64,000 nt of DNA from Oscillospiraceae bacterium (GCA_045599385.1 JAZRVW010000037.1:53-64052), one strand, 5' to 3'. Numbered from the stretch's first letter, positions 1-9,789 are shown. Program-made: numbers and translations. Notes: generated by a model not told the origin, from the letters alone.

Positions 1-122
1 TTATAGTCATTTCTGACTTTAAAGAACCCTTTTCTGGTGCTTATTTTAGCATAAGCTTTGTTCTTACATTATCTAATTTTCAAGGTACACTCTTGCCGAC
101 CTGTTGAGCGGTCAGCTTTTAC

Positions 123-151
123 ACATTAGCACAAAGGAGCATACTTGTCAA
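123..151 (-). promoter_or_regulatory. sigma-70-type promoter reading leftwards out of the window
   Basis: Minus strand reads TTGACA-17 nt-TAATGT. A ~115-nt leader follows, then an ATG at 10..8 whose ORF leaves the window. Confidence 0.35.
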
Positions 152-392
152 GAACTTTTTTCAATTTCCTGAGAAATTTTTATTGTTCACGGCATAAACA
201 CCCTTGCCTAAAGTGCTTAGTCAGTATACAACGCCATTCGTCTTTTGTCAACACCATTTTGATGTTTTTTTCAAACATTTTTGAGGTAAATTTGTAACTT
301 CTAAATCTTGTGTTTTCGCGGCAAAAACTACCACAAAATAGCCATGAGATTGCGTTCTGTTCCGCCGCGAACTTTTCAAAATTTCTGTTGTT

Positions 393-875
393 TTACTCAA
401 GAATGGTTATTCCCATTTCTCCGATAAAGGGTACAGGCTCCATCTTATTTGCGACGGCTTTTTTGGCATTCAGTAACGCCAGTACAGCCGCTGTAATTCC
501 GCAGGCTTTCTTGAGGGGCTTGCCGATAATGGGGATTTTTTTGAATACATTCGTAGCCACATCAAAGATAAACAGCAGGCACGCCTGATTTGCGTGATAA
601 TTTATCAGTTCGTTGCCCTTGCTCTTTACAAAATAAGTATAAAGGAACGCAGGACCGAGATAGCTTGCCGCAGCAATCCAGCGGTTGTTGTCAAGCTTGA
701 GAACATCCTTCAAATCATTCTCGTCTTTATCTGAGACACTATCCATTACCTGCTGGAAGGCATTGATAAAAGGATTTTCGTCATAAACATCTTGCTCTCC
801 GGGCTTCCAACCGCAGCTGATGCACATTTTTCCGCCGTCGGGAATATAAGAACCACATTTGGGACATTTATTCAT
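393..875 (-). CDS. zinc-ribbon membrane protein, unknown function
   Basis: N-terminal CPKCG-x10-CISCG zinc ribbon followed by hydrophobic helices. AAAGGGGAG SD lies 6 nt before the ATG. Confidence 0.75.
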   Translation of the reverse strand: MNKCPKCGSYIPDGGKMCISCGWKPGEQDVYDENPFINAFQQVMDSVSDKDENDLKDVLKLDNNRWIAAASYLGPAFLYTYFVKSKGNELINYHANQACLLFIFDVATNVFKKIPIIGKPLKKACGITAAVLALLNAKKAVANKMEPVPFIGEMGITILE

Positions 876-956
876 TGTCTGCTCCCCTTTTTATGTACGG
901 CGCATTGCGCCGAAAATTTTTGTTATATTATATATTATGACTGCGCATTTTTCAAG

Positions 957-1625
957 TCATGCGCAAAATCTGTGGCTTCCGATCGTCATAAGGTAGGGAC
1001 GTGACCATATCCACGAGCTTGTGGCAGTTGCAGGATTGAAATAATATATCGCGCCGCCGGTTGGATCGTAGCCGTTTAAAGCTTCTCGTGCAGCGCGGTA
1101 TGCGCTGTCGGAAATCGGCTGATTGAACTGACCGTCATTCAGGCAGGAAAATGCTCCGTTCTGATAAATCACGCCCGAAATACTGTTTGGGAATGAGGAG
1201 TGTTCAACTCGGTTGAGTACAACTGCGCCTACAGCCACTTGCCCGATATATGGCTCTCCCCTTGCCTCTGCGGAAATCAGCCTTGCGAGCAGATATACGT
1301 CGCCTTCGCTTGCGCCGCCGCCCGATGCTTCATATATGCCCATCGCGGCAAGCGTCTGCTTTCCCGCAACACCGTCTACCGAGAGTCCGTTTGAGCGCTG
1401 AAAATACTTCACGGCACTTTCGGTTTTGCTTCCGAATATTCCGTCAACGCTTCCCGTATAATAACCCCAACTTTTCAGCCGTGTCTGAATCTGCGTCACG
1501 GTAGGACCCGTGGAGCCGCGTTTATATGCCGCCGCGTCTGCAGACTGGGCAAGTGCAATCAGCAGTATATTTACGGCAAAAACAAGCGCTATCGCAAGAA
1601 TAAGCTTTTTTCTTTTTACACTCAA
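957..1625 (-). CDS. sleB: SleB-like spore cortex-lytic cell wall hydrolase
   Basis: Signal anchor, peptidoglycan-binding repeat (GPTVTQIQTRLKSWGYYTGSVDGIFGSKTESAVKYFQ) and C-terminal SleB/Hydrolase_2 region (LLARLISAEARGEPY..GAVVLNRV). Start set at TTG 1625 behind a GAGGAAG SD; the ORF stays open to TTG 1664. Confidence 0.8.
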   Translation of the reverse strand: MSVKRKKLILAIALVFAVNILLIALAQSADAAAYKRGSTGPTVTQIQTRLKSWGYYTGSVDGIFGSKTESAVKYFQRSNGLSVDGVAGKQTLAAMGIYEASGGGASEGDVYLLARLISAEARGEPYIGQVAVGAVVLNRVEHSSFPNSISGVIYQNGAFSCLNDGQFNQPISDSAYRAAREALNGYDPTGGAIYYFNPATATSSWIWSRPYLMTIGSHRFCA

Positions 1626-1732
1626 AGTATCACTTCCTCTGGTTATATTCTGCTTATTCCGCAATAATTGTATGCAAAGAAAAAAATACCTGAATGCCGA
1701 AGCATTCAGGTATTTTAAATTCAGTTAAGGTA

Positions 1733-2527
1733 TCAGTTGAGAACCTTGATGATGTGGCGGGGGCAGATGTCGGAGCAATGGCCGCACTGAACGCACTTGG
1801 AGACGTTGATCTTTGCGAGATTGTTCTCAACAACGATTGCGTCAGCAGGGCATTCCTTCTGGCACTTCATGCAGCCGATGCAGCCTGCGTCACAAGCCTT
1901 CATTACAACAGCGCCCTTGTCGCAGCTGGAGCATGCGGGCATAACGTGCTGCTCGTAAGGAATGAGCTTGACAATCTTCTTGGGGCAGGCATTGACACAG
2001 TTGCCGCAGCCTACGCACTGCTCACGGTCGACCTTTGCAACACCGTTTTCGATGTGCATTGCGCCGAACTGGCAGGCGTTTACACAGTTGCCGAGGCCGA
2101 TGCAGGCGAAGCGGCAATCCATGTTGCTCTTACCGCCGAACAGCATTGCTGCCTGGCAGTTCTGGGGTCCCTTGTAGTTGAAGCGCTTGACAGCCTTGTC
2201 ATCGGTGCCGGAGCAGGGAACAAATGCGACCATTTTGACAGAATCGCCTGCGGAAACGCCCATGATCTCTGCGATCTTTGCAGCGCCCTCTTCGCCTGCG
2301 GCAACGCACTTGTTGACAGGTGCTTCGCCCTTTGCTACAGCAGCGGCATAGCCGTCACAGCCAGCGAAGCCGCAGCCGCCGCAGTTTGCGCCGGCCAGGC
2401 ATTCACGAACTGCTGCCTGCTTGGGATCAACTTCAACATAGAAAATCTTAGATGCAATTGCGAGGATTGCACCGAACGCGGCGCCCATAACGCCGAGAAC
2501 GAGGACAGCATAAAGAACATATTCCAT
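1733..2527 (-). CDS. rnfB: Rnf electron transport complex subunit B
   Basis: N-terminal TM helix, CGGCGFAGC cluster motif and several CxxCxxCxxxCP ferredoxin motifs (CVGCGNCVNACP, CIGCMKCQKECP, CVQCGHCSDICP). Last gene of the rnfCDGEAB order. Confidence 0.93.
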   Translation of the reverse strand: MEYVLYAVLVLGVMGAAFGAILAIASKIFYVEVDPKQAAVRECLAGANCGGCGFAGCDGYAAAVAKGEAPVNKCVAAGEEGAAKIAEIMGVSAGDSVKMVAFVPCSGTDDKAVKRFNYKGPQNCQAAMLFGGKSNMDCRFACIGLGNCVNACQFGAMHIENGVAKVDREQCVGCGNCVNACPKKIVKLIPYEQHVMPACSSCDKGAVVMKACDAGCIGCMKCQKECPADAIVVENNLAKINVSKCVQCGHCSDICPRHIIKVLN

Positions 2528-2542
2528 AATATCGTCCTCCTA

Positions 2543-3148
2543 TTATACGGGAATGCTCATACCGCTGAAGCCCATGAATGCAAGAGCAAGCAGGGATGCG
2601 GTTACGAGGCAGATGGGGAAGCCTTCGAAGCTTTCGGGGTACTCTGCAAACTGAACGCGCTCACGGACAGAGGCGAACAGAACGATGGCCAGCATGAAGC
2701 CGAGGCCGCCGGTGATACCGTAGACAGTGGACTCGAGGAAGTTGTAGCCGTTCTGAACGTTCAGAAGGACAACACCGAGAACTGCGCAGTTGGTGGTGAT
2801 CAGGGGCAGGTAAATGCCCAGTGCGGAGTACAGGGAAGGAATGGACTTCTTCAGGAACATCTCAACAAACTGAACAAGAGCTGCGATAACCAGAATGAAA
2901 GCGAGGGTCTGGAGGAACTCCAGATTAATGCCGAGAATGCTGGTTTCTGCAACAAGGATATATGTATTTACTACATAGCAGATTGCAGATGCGAGGCCCA
3001 TAACGAAGGTAACTGCGAGGCCCATACCGATTGCGGTATCAACCTTGGAGGAGCAGCCCAGGAAGGGGCAGCAGCCGAGGAACTGGGAGAAGATAAAGTT
3101 GTTTATCAGAATTGCTCCCAGAGAAATGGTAATAATACTGGATAACAT
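2543..3148 (-). CDS. rnfA: Rnf complex subunit A
   Basis: Polytopic 201-aa protein with RnfA/NqrE-type N-terminus (ILINNFIFSQFLGCCPFLG). Confidence 0.93.
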   Translation of the reverse strand: MLSSIITISLGAILINNFIFSQFLGCCPFLGCSSKVDTAIGMGLAVTFVMGLASAICYVVNTYILVAETSILGINLEFLQTLAFILVIAALVQFVEMFLKKSIPSLYSALGIYLPLITTNCAVLGVVLLNVQNGYNFLESTVYGITGGLGFMLAIVLFASVRERVQFAEYPESFEGFPICLVTASLLALAFMGFSGMSIPV

Positions 3149-3795
3149 TACTTATCTTCCTCCTTCTTTGCTTTCTTTTCTTCGGACTTCTTCAGTGCAA
3201 ACTGCATTGCTGCAATCAGGCAGCCGAGAGTGAGGAAGCCGCCGAAGGGCATGGTGAGGAGCATTGCGCCCTGGAAGTTTTCGCCAAAGACTGCAATGCC
3301 TTCGCCGCCGTTGAGCAGGCCGCCGCCGAAGGTGCCCTTGCCGAGAAGCTCACGGATAAGGCACATGATGGTAAGAACTACGGTGTAGCCAAGACCCTGG
3401 AAGATGCCGTCCAGTGCAGATGCGCCGACGGAATTCTTTGCTGCAAATGCTTCGGCACGGCCGATGATGATGCAGTTAACAACAATCAGGGGAATGAATA
3501 CGCCCAGGGATTCGCTCAGTGCAGGAAGGAATGCCTTAAGGACATAGTCAACGATGGTGACGAAGCCTGCAATGATAACTACGAAAACTGCGATACGGAT
3601 ATCGTTGGGGATAATCTTACGCAGTGCGGAAATAACGATGTTGCAGCAGGTCAGAATGATCAGAACGGAAATGCCCATGCCCAGACCGTTGAACAGGCTG
3701 GTGGTGATTGCCATTGTGGAGCACATACCGAGAAGCTGAACGAGAACGGGGTTATTGGTAATAAGGCCGTCCTTGAATTGTTTTTTAACGTTCAT
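3148..3795 (-). CDS. rnfE: Rnf complex subunit E
   Basis: RnfE/NqrD signature NNPVLVQLLGMCSTMAITT. Polytopic protein with a 1-nt overlap with rnfA. Confidence 0.93.
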   Translation of the reverse strand: MNVKKQFKDGLITNNPVLVQLLGMCSTMAITTSLFNGLGMGISVLIILTCCNIVISALRKIIPNDIRIAVFVVIIAGFVTIVDYVLKAFLPALSESLGVFIPLIVVNCIIIGRAEAFAAKNSVGASALDGIFQGLGYTVVLTIMCLIRELLGKGTFGGGLLNGGEGIAVFGENFQGAMLLTMPFGGFLTLGCLIAAMQFALKKSEEKKAKKEEDK

Positions 3796-3808
3796 CAGTC
3801 AGACCTCC

Positions 3809-4369
3809 TTAACCCATATTTGCGACAAAATCAATTGCCGCTGCTACACTGCGGGTGACTGCCTTGGAAGTGATGGTTGCGCCGGAAATTGCCTCAACCT
3901 CGCCCTTTTCCTTGGTGATGAAGCAGTTGGTTGCGTCCTTGCCGACAAGCTGGTCCTTGAAGTAGGGCTTGCTTGCCTCTGCGCCGAGGCCTGAGGTTCC
4001 AGCGCTGGAAACAATTGCGATGCCGGTGCAGGTGCCGGTTTCTGCGTCAACGCCGATGGCGGTGAGAACCTTGCCCTGAGAGCCGGAGGTTTCACATTCC
4101 ACAACGTAGGTCTTGCCGTCTTCCGCGACAGTATACTTAACGATTGTGATCTTTGCACCGTTGACATCTACGGTATCGCCGACATCAACAGCCTTAAGAG
4201 GATCAATTTTTACGCCTTCGGGCATGACTGCCTTGTAGGCTTCTTCGGTAGTCTTTGCATTGTTTTTGGCAATGGGATCCTTGGTGATCATATAAACACC
4301 GCCGAGGATACCTGCAACAACAGCAGAGACGAGGAACAGAATGAGAGCAAGCTTCAGAATTTTATTCAT
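3809..4369 (-). CDS. rnfG: Rnf complex subunit G (FMN-binding)
   Basis: N-terminal TM anchor and C-terminal FMN-attachment motif SGATITSKAV. Confidence 0.9.
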   Translation of the reverse strand: MNKILKLALILFLVSAVVAGILGGVYMITKDPIAKNNAKTTEEAYKAVMPEGVKIDPLKAVDVGDTVDVNGAKITIVKYTVAEDGKTYVVECETSGSQGKVLTAIGVDAETGTCTGIAIVSSAGTSGLGAEASKPYFKDQLVGKDATNCFITKEKGEVEAISGATITSKAVTRSVAAAIDFVANMG

Positions 4370-5403
4370 GCCTTTGCCTCCTTCTTTGCGGCTTTCTTTG
4401 CAGCCTTGAGGTCTGCCTTGGAAACGCCGAACTGACGGCCGCGGGTTCCCTTATCAATTGCCCATGCGCACAGGTTCATGATAAGGATTGCGAAGGTGAC
4501 ACCTTCGGGGAAGCCGCCGAAGTAACGGATAAGAACGGTCAGAGCGCCGCAGCCGAAGCCGTAGAGGAGCTGGCCGTTAAGAGTTACGGGGCTGCTGGAA
4601 TAGTCGGTTGCCATGAAGATGGCGCCCAGGAACAGACCGCCGGTGAGGAGGTTGCACATCATCCAGTCAAAGTTGGTGTAGCCTTCCCTGCCGAACGCGA
4701 GGGTAAGAACTGCAACGGTGCCGATGTAGGCAACGGGAATGCGCCAGTTGATGACCTTCTTAATCAGCAGGTATGCGCCGCCGACGAGAAGAGCAAGGGC
4801 GCTGATTTCGCCGATACTGCCGGGCATATTGCCGATGAACATGTCCATATAGCCGTAGGTATTGCTGACTGCATCTGCTGCCTTGTCTTTCATGAGGCTC
4901 AGAGGAGTTGCCATGGAAGCGCCGTCAACAAACACATTTGCAGCCTTGGGCATTGCGTTGGGAACTGCCCAGTCGGTCATGATCTTAGTCCAGGAGAAGA
5001 ACAGGAATGCACGGCCTGCAAGTGCGGGGTTGACAAAGTTCTTGCCGAGACCGCCGTAAAGCTGCTTGACAATGATAATGCCGAAGAATGCGCCAATAAC
5101 GGGCATCCACAGGGGTGCATTGGAGGGGAGAGTGAGAACCAGCAGAATGCCGGTGACACATGCGGAAAGGTCGCCGATGGAGCCGGGCTTCTTCATGAGC
5201 TTGCGGTAGCCCCACTCAAAGAACACGGCGGAAAGAACGGAAACTGCAAGCAGTGCCAGAACGCGTGCTCCGAACTGCCATACGCCGACAGCGATGGCGG
5301 GAACCAGAGCGATGATAACGTCCAGCATGATGTTGGAGGTACCGGTCTTGGTTCTTACCTGAGGCTGGTAGGAAGCGTCAAAGGTATATTCTCTTGCTTT
5401 CAC
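4366..5403 (-). CDS. rnfD: Rnf complex subunit D
   Basis: NqrB/RnfD-type polytopic protein (FMATDYSSSP region). 4-nt overlaps with both neighbours. Confidence 0.92.
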   Translation of the reverse strand: MKAREYTFDASYQPQVRTKTGTSNIMLDVIIALVPAIAVGVWQFGARVLALLAVSVLSAVFFEWGYRKLMKKPGSIGDLSACVTGILLVLTLPSNAPLWMPVIGAFFGIIIVKQLYGGLGKNFVNPALAGRAFLFFSWTKIMTDWAVPNAMPKAANVFVDGASMATPLSLMKDKAADAVSNTYGYMDMFIGNMPGSIGEISALALLVGGAYLLIKKVINWRIPVAYIGTVAVLTLAFGREGYTNFDWMMCNLLTGGLFLGAIFMATDYSSSPVTLNGQLLYGFGCGALTVLIRYFGGFPEGVTFAILIMNLCAWAIDKGTRGRQFGVSKADLKAAKKAAKKEAKA

Positions 5404-6761
5404 TTGTTTTCAGCCTCCTTTTTTGCAGCTTCTTCTGCGGCCTTGCGAGCCTTCTCTTCTGCGGCCTTTGCGGCGAAGAGGAGCTTTGCGGTCTTGAAGG
5501 AGTGGGTCAGCGGCATTCTGCCGGGGCAGTTGTAGGAGCAGCTGCCGCACTCGAAGCAGTCAAGAATGTGGTACTTCTTCATGTTCTCGAAGTCACCCTT
5601 CTTGAAGTAGTTGTACATATAAACGGGTTCAAGACCCATGGGGCATACGGTAATGCACTTACCGCAGCGGATGCAGGTGGGATTCTCAACAGTGCGGTCC
5701 TCTTCCTCGGTGAAGAACAGGATACCTGCGGTACCCTTAACGTTTACTGCATCAAGTCCGGTGCAGATGAGGCCCATCATAGGTCCGCCCAGAACGATCT
5801 TCTTGGGGGTCTTGATGAAGCCGCCGCACTGCTCGGCGATGTAGCTGAAGGAGGTACCGATACGGCACTGAAGGTTGTAGGGCTTGTTGACAGCGGTGCC
5901 GCCAACGGTGAGGATACGCTCATAGCAGGGAACGCCTTCATAGCATGCTCTGTAAATTGCGTATGCGGTCTGAGTGCTGATTACGTTGCAGCCCACATCA
6001 GCGGGAAGCTTTCCGGGGGGAACCTCACGGTTGGTGATTGCCTTGATCTGCATTTTCTCAGCGCCCTGGGGATACTTTACGTCCTCGGGAACGATTTCAA
6101 TGCCGTACTGTGCGGGATTGAAGGAGTTGAGCAGGTCGATTGCGTCCTGCTTGTTCTTCTCAATGCCGTAGTAGGCCTTGTCCAGTCCGCAGGCAATGCG
6201 TGCCACCTGAATACCCTTGAGGAGTTCTTCGGGGTGGAGCTTCATTGTCCAGTGGTCGCCGTTGAGGTAGGGCTCACATTCAGCACCGTTGCAGATGAGG
6301 GTGTCGACCTTGCCGACGCCGCCCTTGAGCTTGAATGCGGTGGGGAACATTGCGCCGCCCATGCCGACGATGCCGGCCTCGCGGAGTCTGGTGAAGATTG
6401 CTTCGGGATCCTTCAGCTCTTCTTCGGTCAGAGGAGCGAGATCCTTGCAGGGAGTATCCTGGAAGTCGTTTTCGATAACGATTGCAGGAATAAGGTCACC
6501 CAGAGGATGAAGTCTGGGCTCGATTTTGATGACCTTGCCGGATACGGGAGAATGTACGGGAGCGCAGACGGGAGCAGTGTTGTCACCGATCTTCTGGCCC
6601 ATCGTTACATAATCACCGACAGCCACGATGGGCTGGCAGGGTGCACCGATATGCTGTGCCATGGGCACAACAACTTCTTTGGGCGGAGTAACGACGACTA
6701 CCTCTTCCTGAGGAGCCTTCATATAATTGGGATGTACGCCGCCACGGAACTTATAGGGCAT
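5400..6761 (-). CDS. rnfC: Rnf complex subunit C
   Basis: MPYKFRGGVHP N-terminus, GMGGAMFPT nucleotide-binding motif and two 4Fe-4S motifs (CIRCGKCITVCP, CFECGSCSYNCP). Start chosen at ATG 6761, 8 nt after GAGAGG. ATG 6767 is possible; the ORF-track start at 6875 is an unlikely extension. Confidence 0.92.
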   Translation of the reverse strand: MPYKFRGGVHPNYMKAPQEEVVVVTPPKEVVVPMAQHIGAPCQPIVAVGDYVTMGQKIGDNTAPVCAPVHSPVSGKVIKIEPRLHPLGDLIPAIVIENDFQDTPCKDLAPLTEEELKDPEAIFTRLREAGIVGMGGAMFPTAFKLKGGVGKVDTLICNGAECEPYLNGDHWTMKLHPEELLKGIQVARIACGLDKAYYGIEKNKQDAIDLLNSFNPAQYGIEIVPEDVKYPQGAEKMQIKAITNREVPPGKLPADVGCNVISTQTAYAIYRACYEGVPCYERILTVGGTAVNKPYNLQCRIGTSFSYIAEQCGGFIKTPKKIVLGGPMMGLICTGLDAVNVKGTAGILFFTEEEDRTVENPTCIRCGKCITVCPMGLEPVYMYNYFKKGDFENMKKYHILDCFECGSCSYNCPGRMPLTHSFKTAKLLFAAKAAEEKARKAAEEAAKKEAENK

Positions 6762-7038
6762 TTGCATCACCTCTCTATTTTTTGACAACCTTAAATATAC
6801 CATAAACGAAAGTTTGTGTCTACCTTCATTGTTCATGTTTTCGTCATTTTTCCGTTCAATTTTACGTTTTTCCATGTCAAATAATTAACAATTATGTATT
6901 ATTTTGTACAATAATTAACTAACTTTACAGTATCCTTATTTTGTGTAATCTTTTGCGCGGCATTAAATAGGGCTTTACCGGCGGAGTATAAATGTTGTAT
7001 AGTATATACATTAATAATTATGCGCGGAGGTTACGCTT

Positions 7039-8724
7039 ATGCTTACTCCCTGGGGCGAAAAGCTTGACAGAAGCAATGTGCTTACGGAATATCCCCGTCC
7101 GCAGATGGTGCGCGGCGGCTATGTGAATTTAAACGGCGAATGGGATTACGCCTTCACGGTTGACGGCGTTGAGCCTGACGAGTGGGACGGAAAGATTCTT
7201 GTCCCCTTCTCTCCCGAGTGTGAGCTTTCGGGCGTCGGGCGTATTCTTCGTCCCGGCGAGTATCTGTGGTATCACCGCGAATTTACGCTCCCCGAGCACA
7301 AGGGCAGAGTTCTGCTCCATTTCGGCGCCGTTGACCAGATTTGCACGGTATATTTAAATAATGTAGAGATATGCAGTCACGTGGGCGGTTATCTGCCCTT
7401 TGAGTGCGATATCACCGAGGCGCTTTGCGAGGTAAACCGCCTTGTTGTCTGCGTTATGGACGACTCCGACACGAGCTATCACTCCCGCGGAAAGCAGAAA
7501 TTCAAGCGCGGCGGAATATGGTACACTCCACAGAGCGGCATTTGGCAGACCGTATGGTGCGAGTGCGTTCCCGATGATTATATAAAAGCACTCCGCATTA
7601 CCCCCGATTTCGACGCCGCCTCTGTTCAAATCTCTGCGGAAACCGTCGGCAGCTCCCCTGCCGCTGCGATATTTGAAGGGAAAGAGTATCCCCTGCCCGC
7701 CGTAATCCCCGTTCCCGATTTTGAGGCCTGGACTCCCGACAACCCGAAGCTCTATGATTTTTCCGTCATTTGCGGCAAGGACAAGGTGGACAGTTACTTT
7801 GCCATGCGCAAGTTCTCCGTTGAAAAAGGCGCCGACGGAATAAAGCGTCTTTTCATCAACGGCTCTCCCCTCTTCCACAACGGAATGCTCGACCAGGGCT
7901 ACTGGTCTGACGGTATGTACACAGCCCCCTCCGACGAGGCGATGATTTTCGATATTCAGACCGCTAAGGACATGGGCTTTAATATGCTGCGCAAGCACAT
8001 CAAGGTTGAGCCTCTTCGCTGGTATTATCACTGCGACCGCCTGGGTATGCTGGTATGGCAGGATATGATTAACGGCGGCGGACGGTACAGTCCCGTCATT
8101 GTATCCGCGCCGCTTGTTACGGGCATTCATCTGAAGGATAATCATTACAGGCTCTTCGCCCGCAATGATGCCGAGGGCAGAGTTCAGTATGAGCTTGAGC
8201 TTCGCCAGATGATTAAGCACCTTTACAACTGCCCCTGCATTGCCATGTGGGTACCCTTCAATGAGGGTTGGGGACAGTTCGACTCCGCAAAAATCTGCGG
8301 CATTATCCGCAGCCTCGACAGCACCCGCACCATTGACCATGCTTCAGGCTGGCACGACCAGAAAATCGGGGACATCAAGAGTCTGCACGTTTACTTCAGA
8401 AAGTACGTTCACAAGCAGGACAAGCTGGGCCGCGCCGTTCTTCTCACCGAATTCGGCGGCTACAACTACTACTGCGAGGGTCATTGCTTCGGCAAGCGGG
8501 ATTTCGGATACAGAAAGCTCAAAAGCATTGAGGCACTCACGGAGGATTTGAGAAAGCTTTATTCAGAGCAGATTAAGCCCGCATACGAAAAGGGGCTTGC
8601 CGCCGCGGTTTACACTCAGGTTTCCGACGTTGAGGACGAGGTGAACGGACTCATCACCTATGACAGAAGGATTGTAAAAATAAAACCCGAAACAATGAAA
8701 GACATTATTTCCGTGGATAAATAA
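7039..8724 (+). CDS. glycoside hydrolase family 2 protein (beta-galactosidase/glucuronidase-like)
   Basis: GH2 sugar-binding N-terminus and TIM-barrel motifs (VPFNEGWGQ acid/base region, LTEFGG nucleophile region). GGAGG SD present. Confidence 0.85.
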   Translation: MLTPWGEKLDRSNVLTEYPRPQMVRGGYVNLNGEWDYAFTVDGVEPDEWDGKILVPFSPECELSGVGRILRPGEYLWYHREFTLPEHKGRVLLHFGAVDQICTVYLNNVEICSHVGGYLPFECDITEALCEVNRLVVCVMDDSDTSYHSRGKQKFKRGGIWYTPQSGIWQTVWCECVPDDYIKALRITPDFDAASVQISAETVGSSPAAAIFEGKEYPLPAVIPVPDFEAWTPDNPKLYDFSVICGKDKVDSYFAMRKFSVEKGADGIKRLFINGSPLFHNGMLDQGYWSDGMYTAPSDEAMIFDIQTAKDMGFNMLRKHIKVEPLRWYYHCDRLGMLVWQDMINGGGRYSPVIVSAPLVTGIHLKDNHYRLFARNDAEGRVQYELELRQMIKHLYNCPCIAMWVPFNEGWGQFDSAKICGIIRSLDSTRTIDHASGWHDQKIGDIKSLHVYFRKYVHKQDKLGRAVLLTEFGGYNYYCEGHCFGKRDFGYRKLKSIEALTEDLRKLYSEQIKPAYEKGLAAAVYTQVSDVEDEVNGLITYDRRIVKIKPETMKDIISVDK

Positions 8725-8751
8725 GGCTGTTACAGTTTTTTCACATCTAAC

Positions 8752-8825
8752 CTGTCATTCTGAGCGAAGCGAAGAATCCCCTATTACGATGGGAGATTCT
8801 TCGTCGTTCCTCCTCAGAATGACAG
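8752..8825. repeat. REP-like imperfect palindrome
   Basis: CTGTCATTCTGAGCGAAGCGAAGAATCCCC ... GGGAGATTCTTCGTCGTTCCTCCTCAGAATGACAG. The outer 13-nt arms are perfect. Confidence 0.7.
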
Positions 8826-8878
8826 CATTTTCAGATAATATTTTTATTTTAAGCTTATAAAAAATATGTAAAGTTCGC

Positions 8879-8907
8879 TTGACATTTCCGCTTTGCTGTG
8901 CTATATT
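8879..8907 (+). promoter_or_regulatory. sigma-70 promoter of the XRE regulator operon
   Basis: TTGACA-17 nt-TATATT, about 40 nt upstream of the TTG start. Confidence 0.6.
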
Positions 8908-8947
8908 CGGATTGTAAAGTGAGCTTTACTTTTTTGGAGGCGATTAT

Positions 8948-9148
8948 TTGAAAAACCTTGTCGAGCAAAAGCGAAAGGAGCTGGGTTACACGCAGCAGCA
9001 GCTGGCCACCGCTCTGGGCGTATCCCGTCAGACCATAATTTCGCTTGAAAACGGAAAATACAATCCCTCAATTCTCCTTGCCCACAGCATTGCAAAGCTG
9101 TTCGGCGCAAGCATCGAGGAGATTTTCATATTTGAGGAGGGCGACTAA
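8948..9148 (+). CDS. XRE-family helix-turn-helix transcriptional regulator (66 aa)
   Basis: HTH signature LGYTQQQLATALGVSRQTIISLENGKYNPS. TTG start 7 nt after GGAGG. Confidence 0.85.
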   Translation: MKNLVEQKRKELGYTQQQLATALGVSRQTIISLENGKYNPSILLAHSIAKLFGASIEEIFIFEEGD

Positions 9149-9565
9149 ATGAAACTCAAATCACAGAAGCTCTACGGAATAATTCTGATTATTATAGGCG
9201 TTGTACTTGAAGCGCTGTTTATTATTCTTCAGGAATTCAGCTACAAGGGCGGCGTTATCTGCGGCATGGGCAGCTGCTTCATATTCATAGGTCTGCTTTA
9301 TCTTCTGCGTTACAGAAGGCTGTCCAAAAACGAGGAAAAGGCAGCGGACTACGATGCCGCCGTCACCGACGAGCGCACGGCGTTCATCGTATCAAAGGCC
9401 CGCTCCGTCACCTTCTACATCTGCGTTTTCGCACAGCTCATCGCAAGTCTTGTGTGTATGCTTTTCCTTGACCAGAAGCTTGTCGGCGAGGTTCTGGCCT
9501 TCCTCACCTGCTTTCAGTGTATTCTGTACTACGTCATTCTCGTTATATTAAATAAGAAGTTCTGA
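9149..9565 (+). CDS. small 4-TM membrane protein co-transcribed with the XRE regulator
   Basis: Abuts the regulator stop codon and has four hydrophobic segments. The small-XRE plus membrane-protein pairing is common in Firmicutes. Confidence 0.7.
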   Translation: MKLKSQKLYGIILIIIGVVLEALFIILQEFSYKGGVICGMGSCFIFIGLLYLLRYRRLSKNEEKAADYDAAVTDERTAFIVSKARSVTFYICVFAQLIASLVCMLFLDQKLVGEVLAFLTCFQCILYYVILVILNKKF

Positions 9566-9580
9566 TTACGGATAAGAAAA

Positions 9581-9610
9581 ACTCCCGATGCAGTGCATCG
9601 GGAGTTTTTC
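9581..9610 (+). terminator. rho-independent terminator
   Basis: ACTCCCGATGCAgtGCATCGGGAGT stem followed by TTTTT. Confidence 0.8.
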
Positions 9611-9789
9611 TTATAATAGTTCATGCCTTTTTGCCGTTTAAGTAAGTGATGATTAATTCGGCAAGAGCAGGCTGCGAGATATTTTGAGTTCCAAAAAGGC
9701 ATCTTTTTCGCAGGAATACTTTGTGTATTTCAAGAAAAAGTAACGCATTTGGGGCTCAAAAGGTCCGCAGAATGCCGAAGGCAAATTAA

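Noticed and set aside
1694-3145. 483-aa plus-strand ORF across rnfB/rnfA. Similar long antisense ORFs occur at 5394..6785, 7354..8340, 11817..12452, 15582..16538, 19363..20454, 22627..23382, 26074..27315, 38381..39676, 40761..41744, 42581..43303, 48815..50437, 52108..53397, 53999..54700, 56841..57704, 62118..62903 and 63222..63842.
   Set aside because: Each lies antisense to, or out of frame with, a gene that has clear family motifs. The translations are Ala/Gly/Val/Cys-rich and low in complexity, with no SD. These are typical shadow ORFs produced by high GC3 codon bias.
6762-6875. N-terminal extensions offered by the ORF track. Examples: rnfC to 6875, SpoIIE sensor to 37406, DUF364 to 38360, dut to 43849, RAYT to 56779, permease to 15486, RR to 29042, FHA to 44817, glyQS to 46599, DagK to 59856.
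   Set aside because: In each case an internal start sits 5-10 nt after a good SD and matches the family N-terminus. The extensions lack an SD and often overlap the upstream gene or a promoter.
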